NCBI GenBank assembly: GCA_963676915.2
Contig: CAXXVK010000068.1
Coordinates: 1-64,000 of the forward strand
Source: Myxococcota bacterium
GTDB taxonomy: Bacteria; Myxococcota_A; SURF-8; G963663525
Reading direction: 5' to 3'
Length of the DNA: 64,000 bases
The notes beneath the pieces are model-generated. The model had not been told where the DNA came from, did not search any database, and saw only the letters and a list, made by a program, of their open reading frames with translations. A program made the translations under genes and the position numbers. Each line of letters opens with the position of its first letter. Position 1 is the stretch's first letter. Shown here piece after piece: positions 24,201-30,061 of the stretch.

Positions 24201-25717
24201 GTTGCCACGGGGGTACCGTCCTGGCAGTCGTTTACGGCGTCGCATGTTTCTGCACCGTTGCAGAATAGTCCGTCCTGGCATAGCTCGTCGTTTGGCGTAT
24301 GAAGGATTTCTCCTTGATTATCGGTGGTGTCCGTGCCCTCGTCACAGGAGTCCACGGTACAGCTAACGTTGTCTTCAAGGACAACGGCGGTTCCATTTTG
24401 ACAATCATTTACGGCATTGCAGGTTTCCACACCGTTGCAGTACAAGCCGTCCTGACAGAGTGAATCTGTTGGGACAAACTGGCAGTCGTTTACGACATCA
24501 CAGGAATCCACGGTGCAGCTAACGTTATCGTTGCACAGGGAATCATTGGGCGTGTGGGTGATTTCACCTTGGTTGTCGGTGGTGTCCGTGCCTTCGTCAC
24601 AGGTATCCACGGTACATCCGACGTTATCGGTTGTTGTCGGAGGTGTACCGGAGACGCATGTTCCTTCGCCATTGCATGTTTCCGCGCCATCGCAGAAAAG
24701 TCCGTTGTCGCAGGCGGTTCCTGCTTCCAATGGGCTTGCGACACAGGCTTCCTCATCTTCATCGCAGATGCCTTCGTTGCAAACGTCGTCGAAATCGCTG
24801 CAATCTCGTGCGGTTCCCGTACAGACGCCGCCTTGGCACTGATCGTTTTGAGTGCAGTACAGACCGTCGTTGCAGGTCGTTCCGTCTTCCACGGGCGGAT
24901 GGATCACGTCTTTCGTTTCCGAGTCGCACAGGTCTTGCGTGCAGGGATCGCCATCATCCAAACCGGTAAGGCCATTGTCCACTTCACCGCTACAGTCGTT
25001 GTCATGACCGTCGCAACTGACTTCTGTTTCCTCGTAAAAATCCAGAAAATCCGCGTAGTTCGGCTCTTTCCAGCCACCGGCGACATCACAGATTTTTCGG
25101 ATGCCTTCGCAGGGGCCGAGTTGCAGATCGGCCAGTGGCGCTTCGGGCAGGTTGTCGTCTACGATGCCGTTGCAGTCGTTGTCCTTGGCGTCGCAGGACT
25201 CGGAATTACCCGGGTACCTTTCCGCGTCGTCGTCCTGGCAGTCGGAGCCGCCGCAAGAGAGTTTCGCCACACCGTCGCGGTCTTGATCCACTTCGATCGT
25301 TACCGACTTCACCGGGTCGCTCACGCCGTTTTCGAATTCAGGATTCAAGGCGAGGATTTCGAAGGTGACGCTACCCACAAGGGTCTGTTCCGACAGTGGG
25401 AAGGTCAGTGTGCCTTGTTCTTCGATCTCGATGTCCCAGCGCTGGAGTTGTTCTCCCGCTTCATTGCGAGCGATGATCGCGTAGGACGCTGCGTTGATCT
25501 GGTTTCCGGCCTCGTATGTAGCGACGACGCCGTCTTCCGAGCAGACCAGTTCAAGGGTACCCTTGTCGATTTCGTCCTGTAGGATGTCGCTGACATCGGA
25601 TAGGTCGTCGAAACAGCCTGTCGATCCAAGACCCGCCAACAGGAAGGCCAGTAGACCCAATCGGGCGGCTTGGAAAACATGAAATAGGCTTTGCGAGTAA
25701 GTCGGTTTGGCAACCAT
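3269..25717 (-). CDS. Giant (7,482 aa) Cys/Asp-rich surface lipoprotein, putative adhesin
   Basis: Uninterrupted 22.4-kb ORF with RBS GAGG before ATG 25717 and a signal peptide ending in a lipobox-like LAGLGSTG-C. Two MopE-like 'putative metal-binding' motifs (DQDRDG...DCQDDD..RYPG..E.CD..DNDCNG.VD). Many CDDGNPCT.D.C (Dicty CTDC-like) and CxDGLFCNGxExC repeats. 13 beta-sandwich domains (E/DxFE...W...W(I/L)DDI) and 3 CLec-like modules. Confidence 0.93.
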   Translation of the reverse strand: MVAKPTYSQSLFHVFQAARLGLLAFLLAGLGSTGCFDDLSDVSDILQDEIDKGTLELVCSEDGVVATYEAGNQINAASYAIIARNEAGEQLQRWDIEIEEQGTLTFPLSEQTLVGSVTFEILALNPEFENGVSDPVKSVTIEVDQDRDGVAKLSCGGSDCQDDDAERYPGNSESCDAKDNDCNGIVDDNLPEAPLADLQLGPCEGIRKICDVAGGWKEPNYADFLDFYEETEVSCDGHDNDCSGEVDNGLTGLDDGDPCTQDLCDSETKDVIHPPVEDGTTCNDGLYCTQNDQCQGGVCTGTARDCSDFDDVCNEGICDEDEEACVASPLEAGTACDNGLFCDGAETCNGEGTCVSGTPPTTTDNVGCTVDTCDEGTDTTDNQGEITHTPNDSLCNDNVSCTVDSCDVVNDCQFVPTDSLCQDGLYCNGVETCNAVNDCQNGTAVVLEDNVSCTVDSCDEGTDTTDNQGEILHTPNDELCQDGLFCNGAETCDAVNDCQDGTPVATDDEISCTEDVCDEGTDTTDNIGEVTHTPQDSLCNDNVGCTLDTCDAVNDCQFTPNDELCQDGLYCNGAETCDAVNDCQDGSVVTTDDEISCTEDVCDEGTDTTDNLGEVTHTPQDSLCNDNVGCTVDTCDAVNDCQFTPNDELCQDGLFCNGAETCDAVNDCQDGTPVATDDEISCTEDVCDEGTDTTDNLGEVTHTPQDSLCNDNVGCTVDTCDAVNDCQFNPNDELCQDGLFCNGVETCDAVNDCQDGTDVATDDEISCTEDVCDEGTDTTDNIGEVTHTPQDSLCNDNVGCTVDTCDAINDCQFTPNDERCQDGLYCNGTETCDAVNDCQDGTDVATDDEISCTEDVCDEGTDTTDNLGEVTHTPQDSLCNDNVGCTVDTCDAVNDCQFTPNDELCQDGLFCNGVETCDAVNDCQDGTDVATDDEISCTEDLCDEGTDTTDNIGEVTHTPQDSLCNDNVSCTVDTCDLVNDCQFTPNDELCQDGLFCNGAETCDAVNDCQDGSAVATDDEISCTEDVCDEGTDTTDNLGEVTHTPQDSLCNDNVGCTVDTCDAVNNCQFTPNDELCQDGLFCNGAETCDAVNDCQNGSAVATDDEISCTEDVCDEGTDTTDNLGEVTHTPQDSLCNDNVGCTVDTCDAVNDCQFNPNDELCQDGLFCNGVETCDAVNDCQDGTDVATDDEISCTEDVCDEGTDTTDNLGEVTHTPQDSLCNDNVGCTVDTCDAVNDCQFAPNHGFCSNDLFCDGEEICDPSNGDATTGCKDGDEPVIDDNVACTTDACDEINDKVTHNPNHTLCNDNVGCTVDTCDAVNDCQFTPNDELCQDGLYCNGAETCDAVNDCQDGTAIAIDDEISCTEDACNEGADTTDNLGEVTHTPQDSLCNDNVGCTVDTCDAVNDCQFTPNDELCQDGLYCNGAETCDAVNDCQDGTAVATDDEISCTEDACDEGTDTTDNIGEVTHTPQDSLCNDNVGCTVDTCDTANDCQFTPNHGLCSNDLFCDGEEICDPANGDATTGCKDGDEPVIDDNVACTTDACDEINDKVTHTPNHTVCNDNVSCTVDTCDLVNDCQFLPDDSLCQDGLFCNGAETCDAVNDCQDGTAVVIDDSVSCTTDACDEGTDTTDNIGQVTHTPDHTVCNDNVGCTVDTCDLVNDCQFLPDDSLCQDGLFCNGAETCDAVNDCQNGTAVVIDDSVSCTTDACDEGADTTDNIGQVTHTPDNTVCNDDVACTIDTCNPTTDCQHFANDAYCDNLLFCDGEETCDPEAGGDGCLTGTPPEIDDGIACTEDSCDEDQDKVLHEANDSLCANDGVACTVESCNPASGCETTNDHQYCDDGISCSIDTCDPLSGDPVSGCLYTADDTVCDDGLWCTGAETCDLANDCLDGTDPVLDDAVSCTLDYCNEENDTVEHLAFDAECDDNQFCNGAEWCDPVQDCQNGTPPETDDGIPCTVDACNETDGVTHTPDNTVCTDGIDCTEDICDTEAGCTYTPNDTLCNDSFSCTVDTCNIELGCQNDADDSLCLDDEPCNGVESCSPSSLGADGTTGCLAGDVPDEGSSCDDDPQDCVESTCQSGICTDNVFSDCTTCASEFGLCANGSCQMPDLQEGFETGALSALWITEGEREWLITSDQASTGTYSAQSGSIEAGESTTLSTIVTLQEDGGVAFSYKIDSERNADSLLFRVFSRTEVLGEWFEIIVPFSMASWSGAVNWARHSTDLSAGQYRLVWTYSKDESVDSGTDAAWIDDISVSGIASSACNDDNPCTLNLDGGGGCVSCNVENGTECGDTPSGECLSTPLCQSGVCSGGFKPAGTDCSDDGNECTVDQCDDSGVCDHVAAAECTACGDGSFCAASTCNGLEPSVENEGFDSEDVPQGWTSSGDAAWLLDTSQYYEGGKSIASGALAVGQVSTLQRTVELEGAASISFQLLVDLNDPQEIFRFYVNDELVYDLTGQPGMWQQVNWPLSAGSNSLKWTYARLEDSSTAQHRVWIDSVTIVGENGYCDDTSSCTSDIFNGTACVHCDLPDGQACIVEEECKASTGSCGSGACIVENLPDGTPCSAGRYCDSGVCTGHADCDDGNPCTVDTWNGECQYEFLAQGTPCADALFCNGVEVCNGTGTCVAGTPLFLSDNVSCTNDSCDEENDRIVHEIDHDLCQDGLYCNGAETCDSVRGCLPGTAIDPDDSIDCTEDLCDEGLDLSDNYAEVTHTPFNEWCDNGLWCDGAEWCNADDSGETPLGCNAGDAPTVADDYDCTNDWCDEENDEIVHDVQNSYCDDLEPCNGTEICVAEGDPGDGCQAGTPIANDETCDTDPEDCYVHTCQEQVCTAQQKDTGSTCGTEDDPYDCLSYACNEEGTCVETAFDDCTACGETGTDLCAGGTCGGKDYIKIEDFESGEFPAGWTTGGDASWVIFNEGANYSIGNGDISDYQSSWLKLPIELKTPGVLSFDYRVLTESGYDYLRLVLDDEIVESWSGYLNEYTHYETSLDTGIHTIEWRYTKDGSSSSYDDTVWIDNISITNAVGECDDGNACTSNLFDGNSCIACAGDDNTACDDGNSCTESSGTCQGGVCQASALDDLTPCATDENPCTDDVCLSGVCEHNELADNTSCDTDATDCTSNTCQSGVCTPQNLADCTACGDDNFCADGMCGGRPLELSDNFESGILPSGETFGGYGTWSTGGSAPWTVEEKTNPQSGSFVAVSGNIPSSSDTWLRLEIDLPRESTVSFWVSASTNCWDHYMYFYVDSSSQDYWHCGADWELFSTTVSEGTHVLEWKYSKNSSNASGEDKAWIDDFSIVPVSPCDDGNVCTAGYMGSESCVFCQEPMENLPCYDEVDCHESTGICHSGQCDAELMPVNTPCSDDGNACTRDLCGTSGICHHPPASEGLACDSDNNDCTIDQCDDSATCQHVPNTLGLDCSRGFETCDQGAYSGYCLAYLSEYSLEGSAREYCAERGARLLTYDEWITVTNAGWIRPNTYYRSVPVEGCSSCSEGEVCNMYAPTYGSPTSVYACGDTYSYRRGILCVRDDGYCEETGVCGIHDCDDGNPCTRDYWEGECKTETYVDGTPCPSDDNECTHDFCIQGMCNVPVSNGQSCDADGSVCTSNDACASGVCVPGDDLDCTDGDPCTIDACDPVEGCGSTPFTCDDGNPCTGSECFDDNGQPGCNYPPLDEGSSCTSDNKDCTADICDGAGNCTHPPAEAGLRCNDTDICTMRDQCNGSGLCIGTPIDCEDGLFCNGAEICDSEQGCIAGEPLQLDDGIDCTQDRCDEASDEIVHEANHSFCDDDLFCNGEEVCDLSLGCVPGINIVDGTSCDDDENDCSTSVCLSGSCQTNDLPDCTPCGTNDTQHCYQGECGGYTSAVNETFDTCEEGCFNPDYYWINEDNWTFSKTTPWNYSTSNMMVMACAEEVGETQTIQLKVHTTQENTAIDFDYAYYDGSYYSTYNEVLLTVDDNEYMTEVYSYSYMRNYDVVIEEPGIHTLSWSITNTGNNTSYTPCFALESVTYNGNDCADSEDCTNTLFIGDQCLVCPVEDDTLCNDGNECTDGNGSCQFGVCQSNDLPDGTPCSMGGHCSSGTCTQYEDCDDANPCTIDSWNGTKCSNDDAPVGFNCDDGLFCNGTDTCDGSGTCVAGTPPWLSDGVDCTDDLCDEENDIILHTENDANCDDGLYCNGVETCDYLQDCQTGDVPWTDDGVSCTVDSCDESSGTILHDPDHSSCNDSVECTIDECDPVLGCSNTPDDTYCDDDDPCTVDICDLYQGCIHEPLDCDDDKECTIDSCELVDNVPTCVHSDRPNGESCSSDENDCTQDICSDGVCTHPAEEDGLLCADDENPCTSDLCSSGTCSHPPVEDGTSCDESEQDCTFDTCQMGTCEAIPHPDCQACGENGEGLCAGGYCDGPVLTLEEDFESGEFPQGWTTGGDAVWVIDNEGDNYSIRSGDIEALQTTWLRLNVELQKPGTLSFDYRIHTQYSNNRFLLLIDGEIVNSWYGNTDSYSRVNYSLDAGIRTIEWRYYQRYVYNGEEYVWIDNVAINNLSSGCNDGNDCTTDLYDGVSCITCNEPDDTTCDDGNSCTSETLCQSGECLGGSSVDDGTQCSDDDNPCTSDICSSGVCQHDAFVDGTSCDSNEHDCVDYQCISGTCENTERNECDECGDNELCVGGVCGGYPSEINEGFDGSVLHGTWKTGGDKPWLIYSDYSRSGTKSVGVGQFSGYQSAWLELEVDLKQTGEISFWHDNYGDSYTLLFYINDALKFSDSYSSQWEERSFVNLEPGHYTFRWVASHTYDYDYDYYIFVDDVRITGLEEPCEDDGNMCTTEIFDSESCVTCNAVDGTECDDGDACSAFDTCLAGQCTVNEASFEGTPCQDDDFECTDDICNDSGSCVHPALVEGTPCSDEGNECTEDICDGTGSCGHPAYVEGTPCGDSDNVCLIGTCDGTGGCSEEEAPDDTNCFAESCDEGVYAEYCLTDLSEYGISGSARDWCAERGSRLLTYDEWIAVTDAGWTRPTTDYRNVPVENCPSNCSDGVCNMYAPGYSNPTSLYACGDTYNYRRGILCVNDVGACDGGICVPHVPCDDGNPCTIDTWRDGACRYELATLGTSCDDEEICTENDICDGNGTCMGSAVECSDDLFCNGLEVCESGVGCVTGEAPTLDDGVDCTEDTCNEDNDVILHTPMDEACDDGVFCNGVESCHLTLGCLSGVNQPNGSDCDDDPYDCKLSVCQDGQCNTEALPDCSACGEDGEFTCAGGSCGGYGEEFAEGFEFCGPQNGCFHPAANWDNDENLPWQIVNLEEEGIEGLTRQAEGNYALKGQVFEYNQSTEISFTFFTNDPNSELSFRELRYNLTDYAAYIYCYLDDSQVFYSYYDSSYWYQQTVQVDGVGEHEFRCNLSFTYNNYANRAPIFYLDDIRITGNICTNVDSVDCIETLSGGTSCVNCPYPDGSACDDDNPCTAPIGSCVNGQCEVELAPNDTPCGEDLVCLDGECIETDCDDDNPCTIDAWLIDTCTHDPVPAGTTCSDGVYCNGLELCDDQGECQPGGEPLIDDGLACTDDACDEELDRPVHYPMDERCNDDLYCNGIETCDEFLGCVEGNAPDMEDDFWCTVDTCDEETDTILHTPDNERCNNYDICDGEEICDAQLGCLEGTPLEIDDGVDCTNDWCDSEMGVQHDPMDDYCNDDEPCNGIETCDATLDCQPGTALDEGASCDDDPNNCIEGTCVEGTCQTVNVEECSPCDGGGLTSGYCFDGSCQLPLKFFHDGFENSMNDALDTWADNAEWTFDESAFVEGSYSLSASSQSNEEFFAEIWMHVEIDQPAKISWWQKLETREAEYGEGQDVVNGQVLSFFTGNGNDIDVSWTGTSDWTMHEYYLEPGSFWLDWFYRGIPEDGVENRIWLDDINITFLNDTCSDGNGCTLDFDIDGECNYCDLAESTSCDDGNSCTNASTCQSGECVATSQVANGQSCWDGSECTGEGTCQDGICQADHFEEGTPCSEDDNECTSDACNGLGECVHENLPQGSACNDDGNDCTGDTCNGSGECLHETLPFGSRCGGWNECAEGSYGGICLSHLSDPCLSYGESAKQWCEDQGAELITHEEYLAIVAAGWTEPHYQYDTIANAGVNTSICPDGVGNYWVPGDSDPDNLWSCGDDIYSCNRAALCVSHGGFCNGDTCERHDECKDEDPCTKEGWNGECYIEPSENGTACEQDDNPCTLDECLDGVCNTIVADGTACDADGSSCTVNDFCLSGVCVTGQLQNCDDGDPCTVDSCDEVQGCVHEAFSCDDENECTDDICIDDRGVPACEYVMLEAGIPCNSDGNDCTRNICDGSGTCTHPPTDLGSLCDDDDNCTESDLCDGLGQCLGTPIDCDDGLFCNGVETCSQYYGCQSGDSPELSDGNDCTIDTCNEETDTIEHVADNSYCNDGDPCNGEETCHPDLGCRPGMYLNDGTSCDEDPNDCAEQYCDNGHCIDADLPDCSTCGEDGTNFCAGGECGGIQSDIDEGFESCAPDYGCFNSSYAWINNDENPWTIRRENDHGYSAYDDTYGLFARVDEENGSTSISLRFYTTNTYTSISYRHMYYCGASYNYRGTFSVYIDGENMYNTNYNRSYWSRNSHSVEGRGLHEITWEIRNDYSYHEDYPITLFLDSIYVSGTSCHELEECATSLFNGTSCIACPAANGTECDADNPCTDGTCQQGSCQISDRDGQSCDLDASDCTTDTCVEDTCTPQNLPNCTVCQESGLCGNGICFGVPILEYGFENGAWADGWQTGKEYPWIVTGDLAYGGSFSATAIPEETYEYRILTYTIDLEHQATLTFMYKVDSVNRESYMEFWSSNGPWDWWYTTIDWQQASYILDEGHHELNWYFEYDDAGTFEGNQAWIDDIRIEYNNYCANEINCRTSIWGGEEECVECVSPDGWDCNVSGGCTQNDTCLNGECQPGDPLDNGLACEDDFNPCTADSCLDGECVHNPVENNLPCTDDDNPCTVDTCLDGVCSHTPLPQGTDCDDDPSDCTVKTCSEYGYCSAERTKEDCESCGGNAERFCAGGTCSGLSTVCDETFESGGIRHSSYGWSGDANWIITEDESHTGTKSFASPDLLDGRESEFRLYSVYLETPGTVSFYVKTDTEANQDELGFAIDGYGLMAWSGDTDWTRVEFPIEEGSHSLYWNYSKDEVEAVGRDKVWIDDILVQAIPESPCDDEIPCTDNLLGDETCVFCAFAQGHACEDGNACTQTGQCDGSGLCQTSPVADETPCEDDGNICTADQCSGGVCEHPTVTDGTTCDEDAADCTNDICLSGSCTPQAVDDCSPCHNGGYCAGGVCGGFGSNVQEDFESGYIDPNWQSGGNVAWEASSQRVFEGNYSAASGVIGDNQTTWLGFNVTLNESGQASFQFKVESEPDCDFFVFYLDGELKGQWSGYLEWTLQQYDLEPGFHSLDWGYIKDYEDSDGRDRAWLDQIQVTGIGPICEDNNDCTIDLYNGSECVPCSLPDQTLCNDEAGVCEEGVCTE
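20540..24660 (-). repeat. Intragenic tandem array of about 16 units of 255 bp (85 aa)
   Basis: Unit CNDNVGCTVDTCDAVNDCQFTPNDEL-CQDGLFCNGAETCDAVNDCQDGTPVATDDEIS-CTEDVCDEGTDTTDNLGEVTHTPQDSL. The GTGTGACTT landmark recurs every 255 bp (about 24121, 23866, 23611, 23356, 23101, 22846, 22591, 22336, 22081...). Near-identical at DNA level. Confidence 0.95.
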
Positions 25718-25777
25718 CTTGTCCTCACGATGTCAAAGAATCCGTAACGGGAAACAAATTTGCTTGTTTGGTGGGAA

Positions 25778-28012
25778 TCAGAAGCGACCGCCGACACCCA
25801 CGAACGTTCCTTCTTGTGCGACATTCACAATCGGCGTGATCTGCGCCGATTCCTTTACCTGGATATCGGTTTCGACGCCGGGCCGATTGACCACCTCGTC
25901 GTAAATGATGTAGGCCACCGAACCGACAGCCATGCCGATGCCGACGTAACCGACGATATTCCAGGCCAAGGCGCTTTTCTCGTTTTTATCGCGTTCCGAA
26001 ATGTAATCTTCCCGGTCTGCGTCGCGTAGGGCGACATCGGCGCGGGCGTCGTTGGCGGCGGCTTTGTCTCCGTATTTGTCGCCAAGCACCAGACCCGTAA
26101 CGCCAACCGCGGTGCCGATTCCGGCTCCGGCTACCGCAACCCAGAAGGGGGCGCGGGAGGGACGCTCTTTGACTTCCACCGGAGTCACTACGTTAGCCAG
26201 TGATTCTTTCGCCAATTGCTGACGGATATAGGATTCGAACTCTTCCTGGCTGGTTTTACGGCTGACGAGATCGTCCACTTTTTCTTCACTGAGCTTTTCG
26301 TTGAAACGGCGAGCGATTTCGGTGGTCATCGTGGTCAACAGGGCCATGAAGTCGTCGTTTTTGTCCTCTACCGAGAGGGTGAAGATGATCATTCCCGTGC
26401 GGACCTCCACGAAGCGGAGATCCACGCGGATTTTGGGTTCCTGATGGATCATGCTGCCCATCACGAGAAAGTCGGCGCTGATCTGCTGGCCCATCTGCAA
26501 GGCAGACTCGGTATCGAGCACCTGGCCGACTTCGCGTTCTTTCAGCAGGGCGTCGATTTTCGAGCGTTCCACCACGTTGAAATTCATTTTCGGTAGGTCC
26601 GAAGCCAGCGCCTCGCTGATACCTACGACCATCCAGACATCTTCGTTGTCACCGGTAACGTTGACGAAGGGAATGACTGCCAGCGTTGCGGAAACGTCTT
26701 TGAACTCGGTTTTCAGATCTTCGAAGAGATTGGCGTATTTGGGATCTTCCCGAATGGCTTTGGCGAAGAGCGCTTTGGCCTCGTTGGATTTCGTGCCCAT
26801 CAACAGGCGAGCTTTCATAAGGTCGCGGACGGTTTCGGTTTTCGGGCTGTGAGCGACCACCATATCCTCATCGAACGACGTATCCGACCAGCCGAGGTCG
26901 TCGAACAGTTTCAGCATGAGTTTTCGGGCATCTTTGAACAGATTGTCGGGATGAACGTCTCCCGTTACCGAACCGAGAACTTTGGCATCCTGCGCATCGA
27001 CAAGGCGCATGGTCAACATGCCTTTTTCTTTGCCGACTTTGTACGAACCCATCAGCAGGGAACCGGCTTCCAGCATTTTGCCGACTTCCACGGCCTGGCG
27101 GTCTTCGGTCACGCCTGCTTGAGCCAGAGACACTTCCCCCAGCACTTTCGCCAGTTGAGAACGCTCGACGATGTAGAGGTCGGTGTACTGGATCAGGTCG
27201 GCGGTGAGAACTTCGGAGAAACCGCCGGACAGCCAGTCCGTTTCCTTGTTTTTTTCAAGGTTTTTGAAAGGCAGAACCGCCAAGGGACGGGTGCGAACGG
27301 CATCGAGACGGTCGTCTCGACTATCGGTTTTCTTTTCACCTTCCTGCTCGATCTTCTCTTTGAGCTTTTGCAGATCGGTATCGGCTTCGATGCGTGCGAA
27401 CCAGTCTACTGCCTGCGTATCATGACCCAATCGGTAGTGAGAGGCCGCCATGGTGTAGAAAAATTCGCGGTATAGATTCAAATAGTACGAACTTTTGGCA
27501 TCTTTCACTTTTCCGAGGTTCTCCCTCTCGTCGATGACCACTCGGTCACCGTATGTTACGGCGGAGGCGTAATCTTTCTTTTCGTACGCCTGAATCAGGT
27601 TCAACATGGCGATCAGGTTGAGGTAGACGCGGTATTTTTTCTCTTTACCTGGCATGGTGAAAGGCTTGCCCGATTCGTATCGAGGTTTTTGTTTGTGGAA
27701 TTTGTTCAACACCGGAAGGTTGGCTTTGGCGCGTTGTACCTCGCTTTTAAATTGTCGAGGTGTCAATTTTCGTAGTGTTTTCCCTTGTTTATTCAAGCGG
27801 ATGACATTGTTGAAATAGCTCTCGTCGTACTCCATTTTCGAGAAAATGAAGCCCTTGAGATCGCTCAACGTTTGCACGCGAACCGGAGCTTTTTCCTCGG
27901 TGGCGGCTGCGCTTGCCGATGCAGGGAAAAACGTGGCAACCAGCAACAGCGTCATGGCGATAGCGGGCAGAATCCGACAGATACTTTGGAGAGTTTGGAG
28001 TCGAGCGGACAT
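25778..28012 (-). CDS. Secreted TPR-containing protein with two CsgG/HfaB (FlgO/TolB-N)-like domains and a C-terminal hydrophobic tail ending GGRF
   Basis: Start reassigned to ATG 28012 (AAAGGAG RBS, signal peptide ending ASASA). Two LAV(L/I)PFxN...VERSx(L/I)xx(V/L)LxE...A..(V/M)G....A..L.MGS...(M/L)R(L/F)V domains, TPR-like helices, two Gly-rich hydrophobic segments and a terminal ITPIVNVAQEGTFVGVGGRF. Confidence 0.8.
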   Translation of the reverse strand: MSARLQTLQSICRILPAIAMTLLLVATFFPASASAAATEEKAPVRVQTLSDLKGFIFSKMEYDESYFNNVIRLNKQGKTLRKLTPRQFKSEVQRAKANLPVLNKFHKQKPRYESGKPFTMPGKEKKYRVYLNLIAMLNLIQAYEKKDYASAVTYGDRVVIDERENLGKVKDAKSSYYLNLYREFFYTMAASHYRLGHDTQAVDWFARIEADTDLQKLKEKIEQEGEKKTDSRDDRLDAVRTRPLAVLPFKNLEKNKETDWLSGGFSEVLTADLIQYTDLYIVERSQLAKVLGEVSLAQAGVTEDRQAVEVGKMLEAGSLLMGSYKVGKEKGMLTMRLVDAQDAKVLGSVTGDVHPDNLFKDARKLMLKLFDDLGWSDTSFDEDMVVAHSPKTETVRDLMKARLLMGTKSNEAKALFAKAIREDPKYANLFEDLKTEFKDVSATLAVIPFVNVTGDNEDVWMVVGISEALASDLPKMNFNVVERSKIDALLKEREVGQVLDTESALQMGQQISADFLVMGSMIHQEPKIRVDLRFVEVRTGMIIFTLSVEDKNDDFMALLTTMTTEIARRFNEKLSEEKVDDLVSRKTSQEEFESYIRQQLAKESLANVVTPVEVKERPSRAPFWVAVAGAGIGTAVGVTGLVLGDKYGDKAAANDARADVALRDADREDYISERDKNEKSALAWNIVGYVGIGMAVGSVAYIIYDEVVNRPGVETDIQVKESAQITPIVNVAQEGTFVGVGGRF

Positions 28013-28457
28013 GGGAATCTCCTTTGGAAACGGTATCGTACCGAAAATATCGAATGTTTTTGCGTCTGTTTTTCGAGCGAAAGCGTGCAGCATGTCAAGA
28101 ATAGATATCGTCCAACCGCATTCAAAACGATGGCTTTCGTCGAAATCGACGCATTTCATCAACTTTGAAGAGGTTAAAAATATCGCGCCCCTGTAAATTA
28201 TTTTTACCTGATAAACGAAGCACCTGTGGAGGAAGGATTCCAAGCCAAAAAAATCGAGAAAAAAGCGGCGGTGCCAGTATCCGAAGTCTCCTTAAAACAC
28301 GCGATGCGCATTTATCCTGTAAAAATACTTATATGATTGAAAATATAAGAAATGGCAGCAATTGTCAATTCGTTCCTCGACGAATATCGTTTCTGTTTCC
28401 TGAAAGGAGAAGGTGAGAAAAACACTGTGATTGCAAGTGTTTCGCCACAATTTGACG

Positions 28458-28485
28458 AAAAAACGGCGGCACAAGGCCGCCGTTT
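28458..28485 (-). terminator. Intrinsic terminator after gdhA
   Basis: Minus strand AAACGGCGGC-CTTGT-GCCGCCGTTT followed by TTT. Confidence 0.75.
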
Positions 28486-28514
28486 GAGAAGCAAAAAATC
28501 CGGAAAGCGAAGAA

Positions 28515-29861
<1,347 letters not shown>

Positions 29862-30061
29862 TCACTCCTTTTTCATTGAAAAAACAAACACTTCGAAAAA
29901 AAGCAAACCCTCTTGCCTCGAACGACTTCACCATACGAAATCCCTTGAAAAACACGTTCGAAACAAGCATTTACTATATGTTGACCAATTTACGAATCTG
30001 TCAACAAATTATTGATATGGTTTCACTTTTTGAGATGGAATTCTTTTTTCGAGAAATAGAC

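Noticed and set aside
20540-24660. Regularly spaced repeats resembling a CRISPR array
   Set aside because: The period is 255 bp, the whole unit is conserved (no unique spacers), it is in frame within a CDS, and there are no cas genes.
3494-25682. Many plus-strand and alternate-frame ORFs inside the giant gene (up to 581 aa)
   Set aside because: Shadow ORFs caused by repetitive Cys/Asp/Thr codons; no RBS or recognisable domains.
3269-28012. Diversity-generating retroelement or contact-dependent toxin locus
   Set aside because: No reverse transcriptase, template repeat, RHS/YD core, toxin tip or immunity gene in the window.
28013-28243. 77-aa N-terminal extension of the CsgG-like ORF
   Set aside because: A strong RBS and a signal peptide begin at ATG 28012; the upstream part looks non-coding.
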